From: Gammaproteobacteria bacterium
GTDB taxonomy: Bacteria > Pseudomonadota > Gammaproteobacteria > GCA-002705445 > GCA-002716945
Assembly (NCBI GenBank): GCA_045561295.1
Contig: JBJKYD010000014.1
Location: 1 to 58,307 of the forward strand
Length of the DNA: 58,307 nucleotides
Direction of reading: 5' to 3'
Below the pieces are notes generated by a model. That model made no database searches. It was given only the letters and a program-made list of their open reading frames with translations, and had not been told where the DNA came from. This document shows positions 1 to 9,444 of the stretch, one piece after another (within the stretch, counting starts at the first letter, position 1; every line of letters starts with the position of its first letter). The translations under genes and the position numbers were made by a program.

Positions 1-404
1 ATCAATGGTTGTATTTCATCAATCAATTCATTTAATTGATAATACTCTCCTGGATTATCATTTGATACATTCACTTCATTTAGACAACTTTCTGCTGAAA
101 TAGTTTCTTTTTCATTACGTTTTTCCCTAGAATTTATGTAATTAAGACAAGTGTTTACAGCAATTCTATAAATCCATGAGTAAAATTTACTGTCAAATTT
201 AAAGTTTGAGAGATTCTGAAATGCTTTTAAGAATACTTCTTGAGCTACGTCTTCTGCATCATTAATGTTTTTTGTATACTTATAACATGTATTGATTATA
301 CGAATTTGATACTTATCAACTAGATTTTTATATGCACCTGTGTTGCCAGATAAACATTCCTGAATAATTTCGTCATCATCTTTAATAATAATATTTCTAG
401 TCAT
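1..404 (-). CDS. rpoE: ECF sigma factor RpoE (3' end runs off the window)
   Basis: Manual translation from ATG at 404: MTRNIIIKDDDEIIQECLSGNTGAYKNLVDKYQ...DAEDVAQEVFLKAFQNLSNFKFDSKFYSWIYRIAVNTCLN (ECF region 2); divergent from nadB as is usual in Gammaproteobacteria. Confidence 0.9.
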   Translation of the reverse strand, partial: MTRNIIIKDDDEIIQECLSGNTGAYKNLVDKYQIRIINTCYKYTKNINDAEDVAQEVFLKAFQNLSNFKFDSKFYSWIYRIAVNTCLNYINSREKRNEKETISAESCLNEVNVSNDNPGEYYQLNELIDEIQPL

Positions 405-429
405 TACACATTGTGATATTTTATATTAT

Positions 430-2033
430 ATGAATACAAGGCTAAATACTGAAGTTTTAATAGTTGGAACAGGAATCTCAGGATTATTATCAGCAATTGA
501 ACTATCTAAAACATATTCTGTAACCATGCTAACAAAATCACGAACAAATGAATGCTCAACTTCATGGGCACAAGGTGGAATAGCTGCTGCTATGGATAGC
601 AGCGATATTCATGCGCATGTCAATGATACGATTATAAACGGTCATGAAATATGCAATCCAGAATCTGTCACAAGAGATAATAGAGCAAGGTAGGAAAAGT
701 ATTGACCTTCTTGTTAAACACGGTGTTAATTTCAATACTGATGGAACTAAATTACAACAAACTTTAGAGGGGGGTCACTCTAAAAGAAGGATTGCATATC
801 ACAATGATAATACCGGCGAAGAAATACACACATCACTTTTAAAGAAAGCAAAAAAAAATAAAAAAATTACAATCAAAGAAGATATTATGGCTATTGATTT
901 AATTGGAAGAAAAGATGCACTCTGTGATGGTTTATATGCGTACGATGAATCAAATAAATCTGTTATCACTATTAGAGCAAATATAGTCATACTAGCAACA
1001 GGTGGAGCGAATAAACTCTATCAGTACACAACGAATCCAGATACATCAACAGGTGATGGAATAGCGCTAGCTTGGAGATTCGGCTGTACAATTTCAAACA
1101 TGGAGTTTATGCAGTTCCACCCGACATGTTTGTATCATACTAGCGATAAAAGTTTTTTAATCTCAGAATCTTTAAGAGGTGAAGGTGCGAAATTGATTAA
1201 TCCTGATAATGAATATTTTATGAAAAAATATGATAAAAGAGCTGAGCTTGCCCCGCGTGATGTCGTAGCGAGAGCCATAGACATTGAAATGAAAAATAAT
1301 AATTTTAAGCATGTTTATCTAGATGTCTCTTTTAAAGGCAAAGAGTATATCCTTCAAAGGTTTCCAAATATTTATAACCGATGTTTGAGAACTTGGCATA
1401 GATATAACCAAAGATCCAATACCAGTAGTTCCTGCAGCACATTATACTTGCGGAGGCGTGAAAACTACTATTTCGGGTGAAACAGATTGTTCCAATTTAT
1501 ATGTAATAGGTGAAGCGGCACATTCCGGCCTGCATGGAGCTAATAGATTAGCTAGCAACTCATTATTAGAATGTTCGGTTATGGCCATGGAATGCTGTAA
1601 AAAAATAAATGAAAAAAATATAACTTATAATAAGAAAGAGCTGCCTTTATGGGATGATAGTTATGTTTCAGATTCGTCTGATGAAAATATTTTAATTTCA
1701 CACAACTGGGCCGAGATAAGAAAAATTATGTGGGATTATGTCGGTATTTTACGGTCTGATAAAATGTTAAACAGAGCTAAAGATAGACTAGAAATCATCA
1801 ATAATGAAATTAATGAGTTTTATCATACACATCGAATCAGTACAGATTTGCTAGAACTGAGAAATATCATAGATGTAGCTAAGATCATTACTAAATCCGC
1901 TATTTCTAGGAAAGAGAGTCGCGGCCTCCACTACAATAAAGATTATCCAGAGGTCAGCCATAAATATAATAAATCTACTGAATTAAATAATACTGAAAAA
2001 GATTTTATTATGAAAATTGTATCTAAAGCTTAA
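430..2033 (+). pseudogene. nadB: L-aspartate oxidase split into three ORFs by two +1 frameshifts (real lesion or sequence error)
   Basis: GTGISG FAD motif, WAQGGIAA, EGGHSKRRI, QFHPT, ESLRGEG, GLHGANRLASNSLLEC, ESRGLHY; removing one base near 671 and one near 1388 restores a 533-aa frame. Confidence 0.9.
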
Positions 2034-2565
2034 ATATAGTTTTCCTGTAATAACGAAGCTCATCTATGGAATCTCTTATGTCATCTAGTGCTCGATGGTT
2101 AGAGTTTTTTTGAAAGTTATCCATATCTTCAAAATACCATCTCTTACCAAGTTCACGTATTGAACTAACATCTATACTTCTATAATGACAAAAAGATTCA
2201 AGGTCTGGCATACATCTAGCAAGAAATCTTCTGTCTTGACAAATGGTGTTGCCGCATAAGGGTGATTCTCCTTTAGGAACGTATTTAGAGAGAAATTCAA
2301 TAGTTTTTTTCTCAGCTATCGATTCAGTTATATTACTTTCTTGAACTTTTTGTACTAATCCACTTCTGTTATGATGATCAGTATTCCATTTATCCATTCC
2401 ATTAAGTATCTCATCAGGTTGTTTAATAGCTAAATTTGGACCCTCTTCAAGAATATTTAAATTCTTATCGGTAACAATAGAGGCAATTTCAATTATATAG
2501 TCCCTTTGTGTATCTAGGCCTGTCATTTCTAGATCAATCCAAATCATGTTACTTCTATCTTTCAT
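2023..2565 (-). CDS. orn: Oligoribonuclease
   Basis: [34 protein letters not shown] DEDDh motifs. Confidence 0.97.
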   Translation of the reverse strand: MKDRSNMIWIDLEMTGLDTQRDYIIEIASIVTDKNLNILEEGPNLAIKQPDEILNGMDKWNTDHHNRSGLVQKVQESNITESIAEKKTIEFLSKYVPKGESPLCGNTICQDRRFLARCMPDLESFCHYRSIDVSSIRELGKRWYFEDMDNFQKNSNHRALDDIRDSIDELRYYRKTIFKL

Positions 2566-2611
2566 CCGCTAAGATTAGTATAATTGGAGTATAAAGTAAA
2601 ACCACAAAAAA

Positions 2612-3839
2612 ATGATTGAAGTAACCATAATTCTTTTTATTTATCTATTTGCAAAACTAGCTTTAGACACATTGCAAATCTATACAATAAAACATTCAAA
2701 AATAGATGCCAAATCAATGCAATTACTCGATATAAGTGAATGAAAATGATAAAAAATCTCGCGAGTATAACATTTCAAAATTACATCTGTCGATAATCAA
2801 AAATATTTTTTATGTTGGATATATATACACACTTTTATTAGCTGGGCTATTCAAGTATATAAATGAATCTCTTAATAGTTATGATTTAAGTTTATATTTA
2901 ATTGATTTATCGAGTATATTAATAACATATCTTATTGTTCATATTTCTATGCTTCCATTCTCTTTTTACTCTAATTTTGTTATTGAGAGTAGGTATGAAT
3001 TTAATACATCTACAAAGCTATTATTTTTTAAAGATAATTTAATATCGCTATTATTAACTCTTATAGTTGTCTCTCTTTTGAGTTTAGTTTTTTTCTATAT
3101 AGTTTCTTTTCAAAATCTTTGGTGGTTATTAATGTCATTAGCTATGTTTTCAGTAATTATAATAAGTATGTTTATATACCCTACTTATATTTCACCAATA
3201 TTTAATAAATTCAAAAAATTACAAAATGAAAATATAAAAGATGAAATTAAAGATTTATCTGAAAGAACAGATTTTTCTGTTGAAAATTTGTTTGTTATGG
3301 ACCGATCAAAAAGATCAAAGCATCCAAATGCATATTTCACTGGTTTTAGTAAAAACAGAAGGATAGTTTTTTATGACACGCTTATTGATCTTCTTTCGCC
3401 AAAAGAAATTAAAGCAGTTTTAGCACATGAAATTGGCCACTATAAACATAACCATATAACTAAATCACTTGGAATATCTACTTTTATAATTTTCATTGGA
3501 ATGTTTCTGATATCACAACTTGTAAATAATAGTAATTATCTTGAAATGTTGAATTTAAATAATAGTGCAAGCTCTCAACTCATAGCTCTGTTTTTCACCT
3601 ACCAAATAATAAGTTTTTTTACTGATCCATTTTTCTCTACACTATCTCGGAAAAATGAATATGAGGCAGATATGTTTGCGTCGAAACAAGTTCAAAAAGA
3701 GCACTTGATATCATCATTAGTGAAACTTTATAAATCTAATCTTTCATTTTTAATACCAAATAAGTTTTATGCCATGTTCTATTTTTCTCATCCAACAGTT
3801 TTAGAGAGAATCAATAATCTTAGGAGTAATAATGAATGA
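2612..3839 (+). CDS. M48 family (Ste24-type) membrane zinc metalloprotease, apparent +1 frameshift near 2741
   Basis: NAYFTG, AHEIGH (HExxH), EYEAD, SHP; upstream ATG at 2612 gives a hydrophobic N-terminus ending at TGA 2741-2743 in the adjacent frame. Confidence 0.85.
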
Positions 3840-4170
3840 TCTAGATAAAAAGAAATGTTTACCATGCGAAGGTGGATTGGACCCACTGTCAAAAGATAAG
3901 TGTCTTAGATATTTAGAAAAACTTGACAAGGACTGGTCATTGAATGCCGATGTAAAAAGCATACAAAGAATATTTACATGTAAGAATCATCATGAAATTA
4001 CATCTTTAGTTAATTTAATAATACATATCTCTAATAATGAAGATCATCATCCAGAAGTAACATTTGGTTATAATACTGCTGTAGTAAAATATTTTACTTA
4101 TGCAATTGATGGCCTATCAGAGAATGATTTCATTTGTGCAGCAAAAGTAGATAAGATTACATCTATTTAG
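3832..4170 (+). CDS. Pterin-4-alpha-carbinolamine dehydratase
   Basis: CLPCEGG N-terminus, EDHHPE, GLSENDFICAAKVD. Confidence 0.92.
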   Translation: MNDLDKKKCLPCEGGLDPLSKDKCLRYLEKLDKDWSLNADVKSIQRIFTCKNHHEITSLVNLIIHISNNEDHHPEVTFGYNTAVVKYFTYAIDGLSENDFICAAKVDKITSI

Positions 4171-4787
4171 AGTATTTTTCTCTCATTAAAAGCATGAGAT
4201 ATTGTTTCGTTATCTAAAAATCCAATCTCTCCGTTAAGTGGTAGACCAAATGCAAGTCTTGAAACCTTAATACTATTTTTAGTAGCCATATTTTTTATAT
4301 AATGGGCGGTAGCTTCACCCTCTATTGTCGTGTTAGTAGCTAAAATTAATTCCTTGATATTTTTTTCTGAAAGTCTTTTTTCTAGTTTATCTAAACCAAT
4401 TTCTGAAGGACCTCTACCATCAATGGGAGAAAGATTGCCTTGAAGTACGAAGTAATATCCATTGTAATTCGTGCTTTCATCAATTGTGTAGACATCGCTT
4501 GCTGATTCTATTACACAAATTATAGAAGTATCACGATTTTGTCTTTCGCATATATGACAAGAATTATATGATTGTTTTTCAACTTCCTCAATATCCATAA
4601 AAACTCCACATACTAAACATTTAGATATTTTTGTATCAATATTTTTTAATTCCTGTGATAGATGAAGAGATTTTTCAGGATTAGTGTTTAAAAGCTGGTA
4701 AGCCATCCGTTGAGCACTTTTTCTTCCTACACCCGGAAGTATAGTTATTGCATCAATCAAGTTCTCAAGATATTTAGATTTAATCAT
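4167..4787 (-). CDS. recR: Recombination mediator RecR
   Basis: LPGVGRKSAQR HhH, C4 zinc finger, LSPIDG, EGEATAHY Toprim; follows dnaX-ybaB. Confidence 0.96.
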   Translation of the reverse strand: MIKSKYLENLIDAITILPGVGRKSAQRMAYQLLNTNPEKSLHLSQELKNIDTKISKCLVCGVFMDIEEVEKQSYNSCHICERQNRDTSIICVIESASDVYTIDESTNYNGYYFVLQGNLSPIDGRGPSEIGLDKLEKRLSEKNIKELILATNTTIEGEATAHYIKNMATKNSIKVSRLAFGLPLNGEIGFLDNETISHAFNERKIL

Positions 4788-4790
4788 ATG

Positions 4791-5099
4791 TCAAAAAGGG
4801 AGTTTCATTCCACCTGGTAAGTTCATAACACTACCCATTTTATCTTTTGTTTCTTTTTCAAGCTTGTTCATTGCATCGTTACATGCAGCGACGAGATAGT
4901 CTTCAAGAATCTTTTTGTTACCAATATGTGTATCATGATCTATCTCTATGCTTACTACCTGATGATTGCCCTTCACTGTTACTCTAACTGCTCCGGCTCC
5001 AGCAGATCCTTCAACCTTTATTTTATTAATTTCGTTCTGAGCCTTTTTAATGTTGCTATACATATTTTTAGCGTCTTTCATCTTATCAAACATTCCCAT
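4791..5099 (-). CDS. ybaB: YbaB/EbfC nucleoid-associated protein
   Basis: GSAGAGAVRVTV, LEDYLVAACNDA, C-terminal KLPF; between dnaX and recR. Confidence 0.93.
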   Translation of the reverse strand: MGMFDKMKDAKNMYSNIKKAQNEINKIKVEGSAGAGAVRVTVKGNHQVVSIEIDHDTHIGNKKILEDYLVAACNDAMNKLEKETKDKMGSVMNLPGGMKLPF

Positions 5100-5114
5100 A
5101 AATATTTCTCCAGT

Positions 5115-6662
5115 TCAAAGTTTACTAATATTATCTTTATCTATTTTAGCACCAAATACACTCTCTATTTCTTTGAGATCATTATTATCTTTGATAGCCT
5201 CGTACATATCATTTTTTGATTTAATACCATCAGTGATTGATTTTTTATATAGTGTGTTTATATTTTCTCTATATTCTATTGTCAACACATGATCGCTTTT
5301 GAAATTTGAGCATATTAATATACTAAAATCCGTGATACATTTTTTTGGATAAGTATTTTCTTTGGATTTATCTATAATCAAAATCATTGCATCTTTTTTC
5401 ATGTCTAGAATAGAATTATTAGCAAGATCAAGCATTAGTCCTTGTAATTTAAAACTATCAATAGTTTTTTTCCACGTAGATATATCAACAACACTTTGAG
5501 AGATATTATCTTCAGCTACAGTTTCAATTTTTTTTTTAGAGTCAGTTAAAATAGCAGTATCTTTGCTTTGATTTTTAATATTAGATTTAATTTGATCAGG
5601 ATATTCAGTAAATAATGATATACGAAGAAGTATCATCATTAAGTGATCAGCCTTAGATACAGCATTGAACATTTGCTCCTTAGATTGCATTAAAATAGAA
5701 TACCAAAGCTGGAGATCTTGAAGACTAATATCTGTATTTAGAAAATTATTAGGTAAGTTAAAATCATTCTTATCCAATGATCGTGATATTGAAATCTGGA
5801 AAATACGTTCAATTAAACAATCGAGCAATTTTGAATAATCAGATATATTTGAAGACTTTAATACATCATTAATTTCTGAAATAGAGTTCTCATAAAGATT
5901 ATGAATAATTTGATCAATGAGAGTGTTTTCAATCAATCCAAGTAGTTGAGAAATTTTATCTTTTTTAAGATTACCATTGGTATAAGAAATACATTGTTCT
6001 AATATACTCATGGAATCTCTTGCGCTACCTCTGGCTGCATTTGAGATTATTTCAGGAACATCTTTTTCAAAATTAATATTTTCAGACTCTAATACATTTT
6101 TAATATGTTCTCCAAGTTCTTCATTAGTGATAGGTTCAAGTTTAAAATGTAGACATCTTGATATAACAGTTTCTGGAAGTTTATCGGGTTCAGTAGTGGC
6201 AAGTAAAAATTTCACATGTTCAGGTGGCTCCTCAATAGTTTTAAGCAAAGCATTGAAACTTTTGGTTGATAGCATATGAACTTCATCAATCAAATATATT
6301 TTAAACCGTGAGGATGTAGGAGCATATTGAACATTTTCCATAAGTGTACGTGTATCCTCTACTTTTGTTCTTGATGCTGCATCAATTTCTATAAGGTCAA
6401 GATTATTGTTATTATCAATTCCCAGACATGAATCGCATTTGCCGCAAGGGGTAGCGCTTATACCCTCCTTACATAATAAAGATTTTGCAAATATTCTTGC
6501 AATAGTTGTTTTTCCCACACCTCTTGTACCTGAAAATAGATAAGCATTGTGTAGTTTATTAAGATTAATGGAATTACTTAGTGATTGTACGCAAAACTCT
6601 TGTCCTACAACCTCATCAAAAAAATGAGGTCTATATTTTAATGCTAGTATTTTATCGTTCAT
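5115..6662 (-). CDS. dnaX: DNA polymerase III subunit tau/gamma
   Basis: LALKYRP, GTRGVGKTT Walker A, EIDAAS, IDEVHML, SRC motif. Confidence 0.97.
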   Translation of the reverse strand: MNDKILALKYRPHFFDEVVGQEFCVQSLSNSINLNKLHNAYLFSGTRGVGKTTIARIFAKSLLCKEGISATPCGKCDSCLGIDNNNNLDLIEIDAASRTKVEDTRTLMENVQYAPTSSRFKIYLIDEVHMLSTKSFNALLKTIEEPPEHVKFLLATTEPDKLPETVISRCLHFKLEPITNEELGEHIKNVLESENINFEKDVPEIISNAARGSARDSMSILEQCISYTNGNLKKDKISQLLGLIENTLIDQIIHNLYENSISEINDVLKSSNISDYSKLLDCLIERIFQISISRSLDKNDFNLPNNFLNTDISLQDLQLWYSILMQSKEQMFNAVSKADHLMMILLRISLFTEYPDQIKSNIKNQSKDTAILTDSKKKIETVAEDNISQSVVDISTWKKTIDSFKLQGLMLDLANNSILDMKKDAMILIIDKSKENTYPKKCITDFSILICSNFKSDHVLTIEYRENINTLYKKSITDGIKSKNDMYEAIKDNNDLKEIESVFGAKIDKDNISKL

Positions 6663-7351
6663 TTTATTTTATTAAGTAAATGGCCCGTTTTAACAAATAT
6701 TAATGCGCCATCACTCAGTGTGAAGGGTTTATGCTTGCTCATATGAGGACTTCTTATCCAAGTTTGTTCTGGATATTTTCCAAATTCATCATAGAAAGTT
6801 CCTTTAAGTACAAATATTTCTTCTCCACCGTGATGCTGGTGGTAACTAAACTCTGTGTTTGAGTCCCATTTGACAAGAGCTGTACTCTCATATTCATAAT
6901 TATGTAAAGGCATGACTTTAAGGCCTTGAACTAGACCTGGAAGCCAAGGTTCATTGTTCGTATTTATAATAACTTGTTTATTATCCATAGGATTAAATTG
7001 TCTTAACTTTACTAGAAGCCTACAGCCATTTTTACTGAAAGGACTATGTTTAGTATTATGAGGATTCCTAATATATGTTCCAGCAGGATAATCCCCAAAC
7101 TCATCTGAAAAAGTTCCTTCTAACACAAGTAGTTCTTCTCCTGAATCATGGACATGTTCATTAAAAAAAGAATTTGGTTTAAATTCTACAATCGTTGTAG
7201 ATATGGCATATTCTGAATTTTCATTTCTCTCCAGAAGAGTCCTCTCAACTCCGTCACATGGCGAACTAACGGGTGTCAATTGTGATGACTTTAGTACGAC
7301 TTTTTCATGAAAATTTTGATTCAACATTATGCTAATCTTTTCTGTTATCAA
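6659..7351 (-). CDS. Tandem-cupin protein, ChrR-like cupin family (start may be ATG 7327)
   Basis: Two repeats HxHxxGEExxVLxGTFxDEFGxYPxxTxIRxPH; C-terminal VKTGHL. Confidence 0.85.
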   Translation of the reverse strand: MITEKISIMLNQNFHEKVVLKSSQLTPVSSPCDGVERTLLERNENSEYAISTTIVEFKPNSFFNEHVHDSGEELLVLEGTFSDEFGDYPAGTYIRNPHNTKHSPFSKNGCRLLVKLRQFNPMDNKQVIINTNNEPWLPGLVQGLKVMPLHNYEYESTALVKWDSNTEFSYHQHHGGEEIFVLKGTFYDEFGKYPEQTWIRSPHMSKHKPFTLSDGALIFVKTGHLLNKIK

Positions 7352-7664
7352 CTAAATGAACTGTAAGTCCTTCATAGACATCATAAATATCCATTTGGCA
7401 ACATAGCCTGCTTCTGTTTTCATCATAATGTTCAGATCTCTCTAACATGAATAGTTCCATGGAGCCAGTATCCATGGGTTCAATTTTATCGACCCATTCA
7501 GGATCAATATGAACATGGCAAGTTCCACAATTGCATGATCCATTACAGATAGCTGGTATTTCCGGTATGTTAAGTTTTTTTGCAGCATCTAACATAGTGC
7601 GTCCGACACTCATAGTTGTTGTTAACACTTCATCCCCTCTGACAAAGTTAATTTTGACTGACAT
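7332..7664 (-). CDS. [2Fe-2S] ferredoxin, adrenodoxin/putidaredoxin type
   Basis: CNGSCNCGTCHV (C-x5-C-x2-C) and SRLCCQ. Confidence 0.9.
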   Translation of the reverse strand: MSVKINFVRGDEVLTTTMSVGRTMLDAAKKLNIPEIPAICNGSCNCGTCHVHIDPEWVDKIEPMDTGSMELFMLERSEHYDENRSRLCCQMDIYDVYEGLTVHLVDNRKD

Positions 7665-8833
7665 TAGTTTTCTCCATATATATCTCTTGTATAAATCCTT
7701 TTTGACACTTTTTTAAGTCTGCTCGATAATCTATTAGTTACAATAAGGTTCACTTTTTTCACAAATAAATCAAAATCATTGATTAAAGTACAGCCATAGA
7801 TTTTACTTTGATTGGTAATCAAAGGCTCATGGATATAAATATTTTTACCTTTATTTTTAAGTAATTTTATTATATCAATAATACTCGAATGTCTAAAGTT
7901 ATCAGACCCCTTTTTCATAGCTAGTTGATATATCCCAATATTTTTTACTTTAGTTTTTAATAAATCATCGACAATGCACTTTTTCCTAAGTTGATTTGAT
8001 TTATTTAATGATTTGATCATTGAGTTTGGGATAGAATCAAAGCTGGCTTCAAGCTGTTTGGTATCTTTAGGGAGGCAGTAACCGCCATATCCAAATGATG
8101 GATTATTATATCCATCACCTATTCTTGGATCAGAACAAATACCATCAATTATTTGTTTAGAACCAAAATTATTAGACATAGAGAAAGAATCAAGCTCATT
8201 AAAAAACGAAATTCGTGCCGCAAGATAACTATTTGAAAAAAGTTTTACAGTCTCAGCCTCACTACTATCCATGAATAGAGTTTTTATATTTTTTTTTAAA
8301 CTAGAATTTTTTAACAAATTAGCGAATTGTTTTGCACCTTTATCTTTACCACCCACTATTATCCTAGATGGGTAAAGATTATCATACAATGCTTTGCCTT
8401 CTCTAAGGAATTCCGGAGAGAAATATATTTTAAGTTTTTTATATAAACTATTAACTTTTTTTGTATATCCGATAGGTAATGTAGATTTAATAATAATATG
8501 TGCTGTAGATTTTAAAGAATTTAGTTTTTTTAAAATTACATCAATAGACGAGGTATTGAAAGTCTTCTTCTGAACATCAAAGTCAGTTGGTGTTGAGATA
8601 ATTATAAAGTCTGATTTCGACATTTCTTTATTTATGTACTCTGATGTAGTTAATCTTAGTTTTTTATTTTTAAAGTAACTGGAAATTAAACTGTCTTTTA
8701 TTGGTGATATACGTTTATTTATGCAATCAAGCTTTGAAGTGTCAATATCATGACAGACAACATTATTCTTTAATGATAGCAATACTGCATTTGACAGCCC
8801 TACATAGCCCATTCCAATAATAGATACTTTCAT
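7664..8833 (-). CDS. ugd: UDP-glucose 6-dehydrogenase
   Basis: GMGYVG, FSPEFLREG, GYGGYCLPKD, YTRDIYG. Confidence 0.93.
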   Translation of the reverse strand: MKVSIIGMGYVGLSNAVLLSLKNNVVCHDIDTSKLDCINKRISPIKDSLISSYFKNKKLRLTTSEYINKEMSKSDFIIISTPTDFDVQKKTFNTSSIDVILKKLNSLKSTAHIIIKSTLPIGYTKKVNSLYKKLKIYFSPEFLREGKALYDNLYPSRIIVGGKDKGAKQFANLLKNSSLKKNIKTLFMDSSEAETVKLFSNSYLAARISFFNELDSFSMSNNFGSKQIIDGICSDPRIGDGYNNPSFGYGGYCLPKDTKQLEASFDSIPNSMIKSLNKSNQLRKKCIVDDLLKTKVKNIGIYQLAMKKGSDNFRHSSIIDIIKLLKNKGKNIYIHEPLITNQSKIYGCTLINDFDLFVKKVNLIVTNRLSSRLKKVSKRIYTRDIYGEN

Positions 8834-9288
8834 ATAAAGTTTTTCCCTTGTGTGATAAATTCTTTGTATGTATCTGTAACTAAATAAGGACTTTTATAGT
8901 ACTTAAGGAATTGGTTCATAATTTCGTTAGATATATGTTCATTTCCAGAACTTAAATCATCATGAATATTCATGCCTTTATTTGTTTCCATGTAAACAAA
9001 GCCAATAAAGTTATCATAGCCGGCAATTTTTAAGACAAAACTTCTAGTGCCAGTGTAGAGAAGAGAAAAATCAAAATTATTATGCTTAGCAGAAGCCTCA
9101 ATACGACCACGATCTTCTGAGTCTATGGTGAAGTATAGATTTCTTATACCTTCTTTAAATTTATCAATTGGCATATCAACTTCGGATGATATTTCTACAA
9201 TTGAGTGTACATAAGGAACAAGAAAGTCTACAGCAAGATTAACGCTTCTTTGTTCATTATCATTAAGCTTTCTTATTGACTGATTCAT
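8830..9288 (-). CDS. Hypothetical protein (152 aa)
   Basis: ORF overlaps the ugd start (ATGA); upstream TGATAAAAT extended -10-like motif; family not recognised. Confidence 0.75.
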   Translation of the reverse strand: MNQSIRKLNDNEQRSVNLAVDFLVPYVHSIVEISSEVDMPIDKFKEGIRNLYFTIDSEDRGRIEASAKHNNFDFSLLYTGTRSFVLKIAGYDNFIGFVYMETNKGMNIHDDLSSGNEHISNEIMNQFLKYYKSPYLVTDTYKEFITQGKNFI

Positions 9289-9355
9289 CTATTGACGTAT
9301 ATTTTATCATGCCTTTCAAGTGTTGTTATAGCAATTTACTAGTACGCTATATAAA

Positions 9356-9442
9356 AGGTAGGTAAGGGATTCGAACCCTTGTAACGATTACTCGTTAACC
9401 ACCTTTCCAAGGTGGCGCATTCGACCACTCTGCCAACCTACC
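9356..9442 (-). tRNA. tRNA-Ser (GGA)
   Basis: Acceptor GGTAGGT/ACCTACC, anticodon arm CCACC-TTGGAAA-GGTGG, long variable arm, GGTTCGAATCC; no encoded CCA. Confidence 0.96.
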
Positions 9443-9444
9443 AT

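Noticed and set aside
644-1480. Programmed frameshifting in nadB
   Set aside because: No slippery or homopolymer sequence at either junction, and two shifts would be needed; error or mutation is simpler
9289-9355. SRP RNA (ffs) expected near tRNA-Ser and dnaX
   Set aside because: No GC-rich hairpin with the conserved GGAA tetraloop seen here or upstream of dnaX
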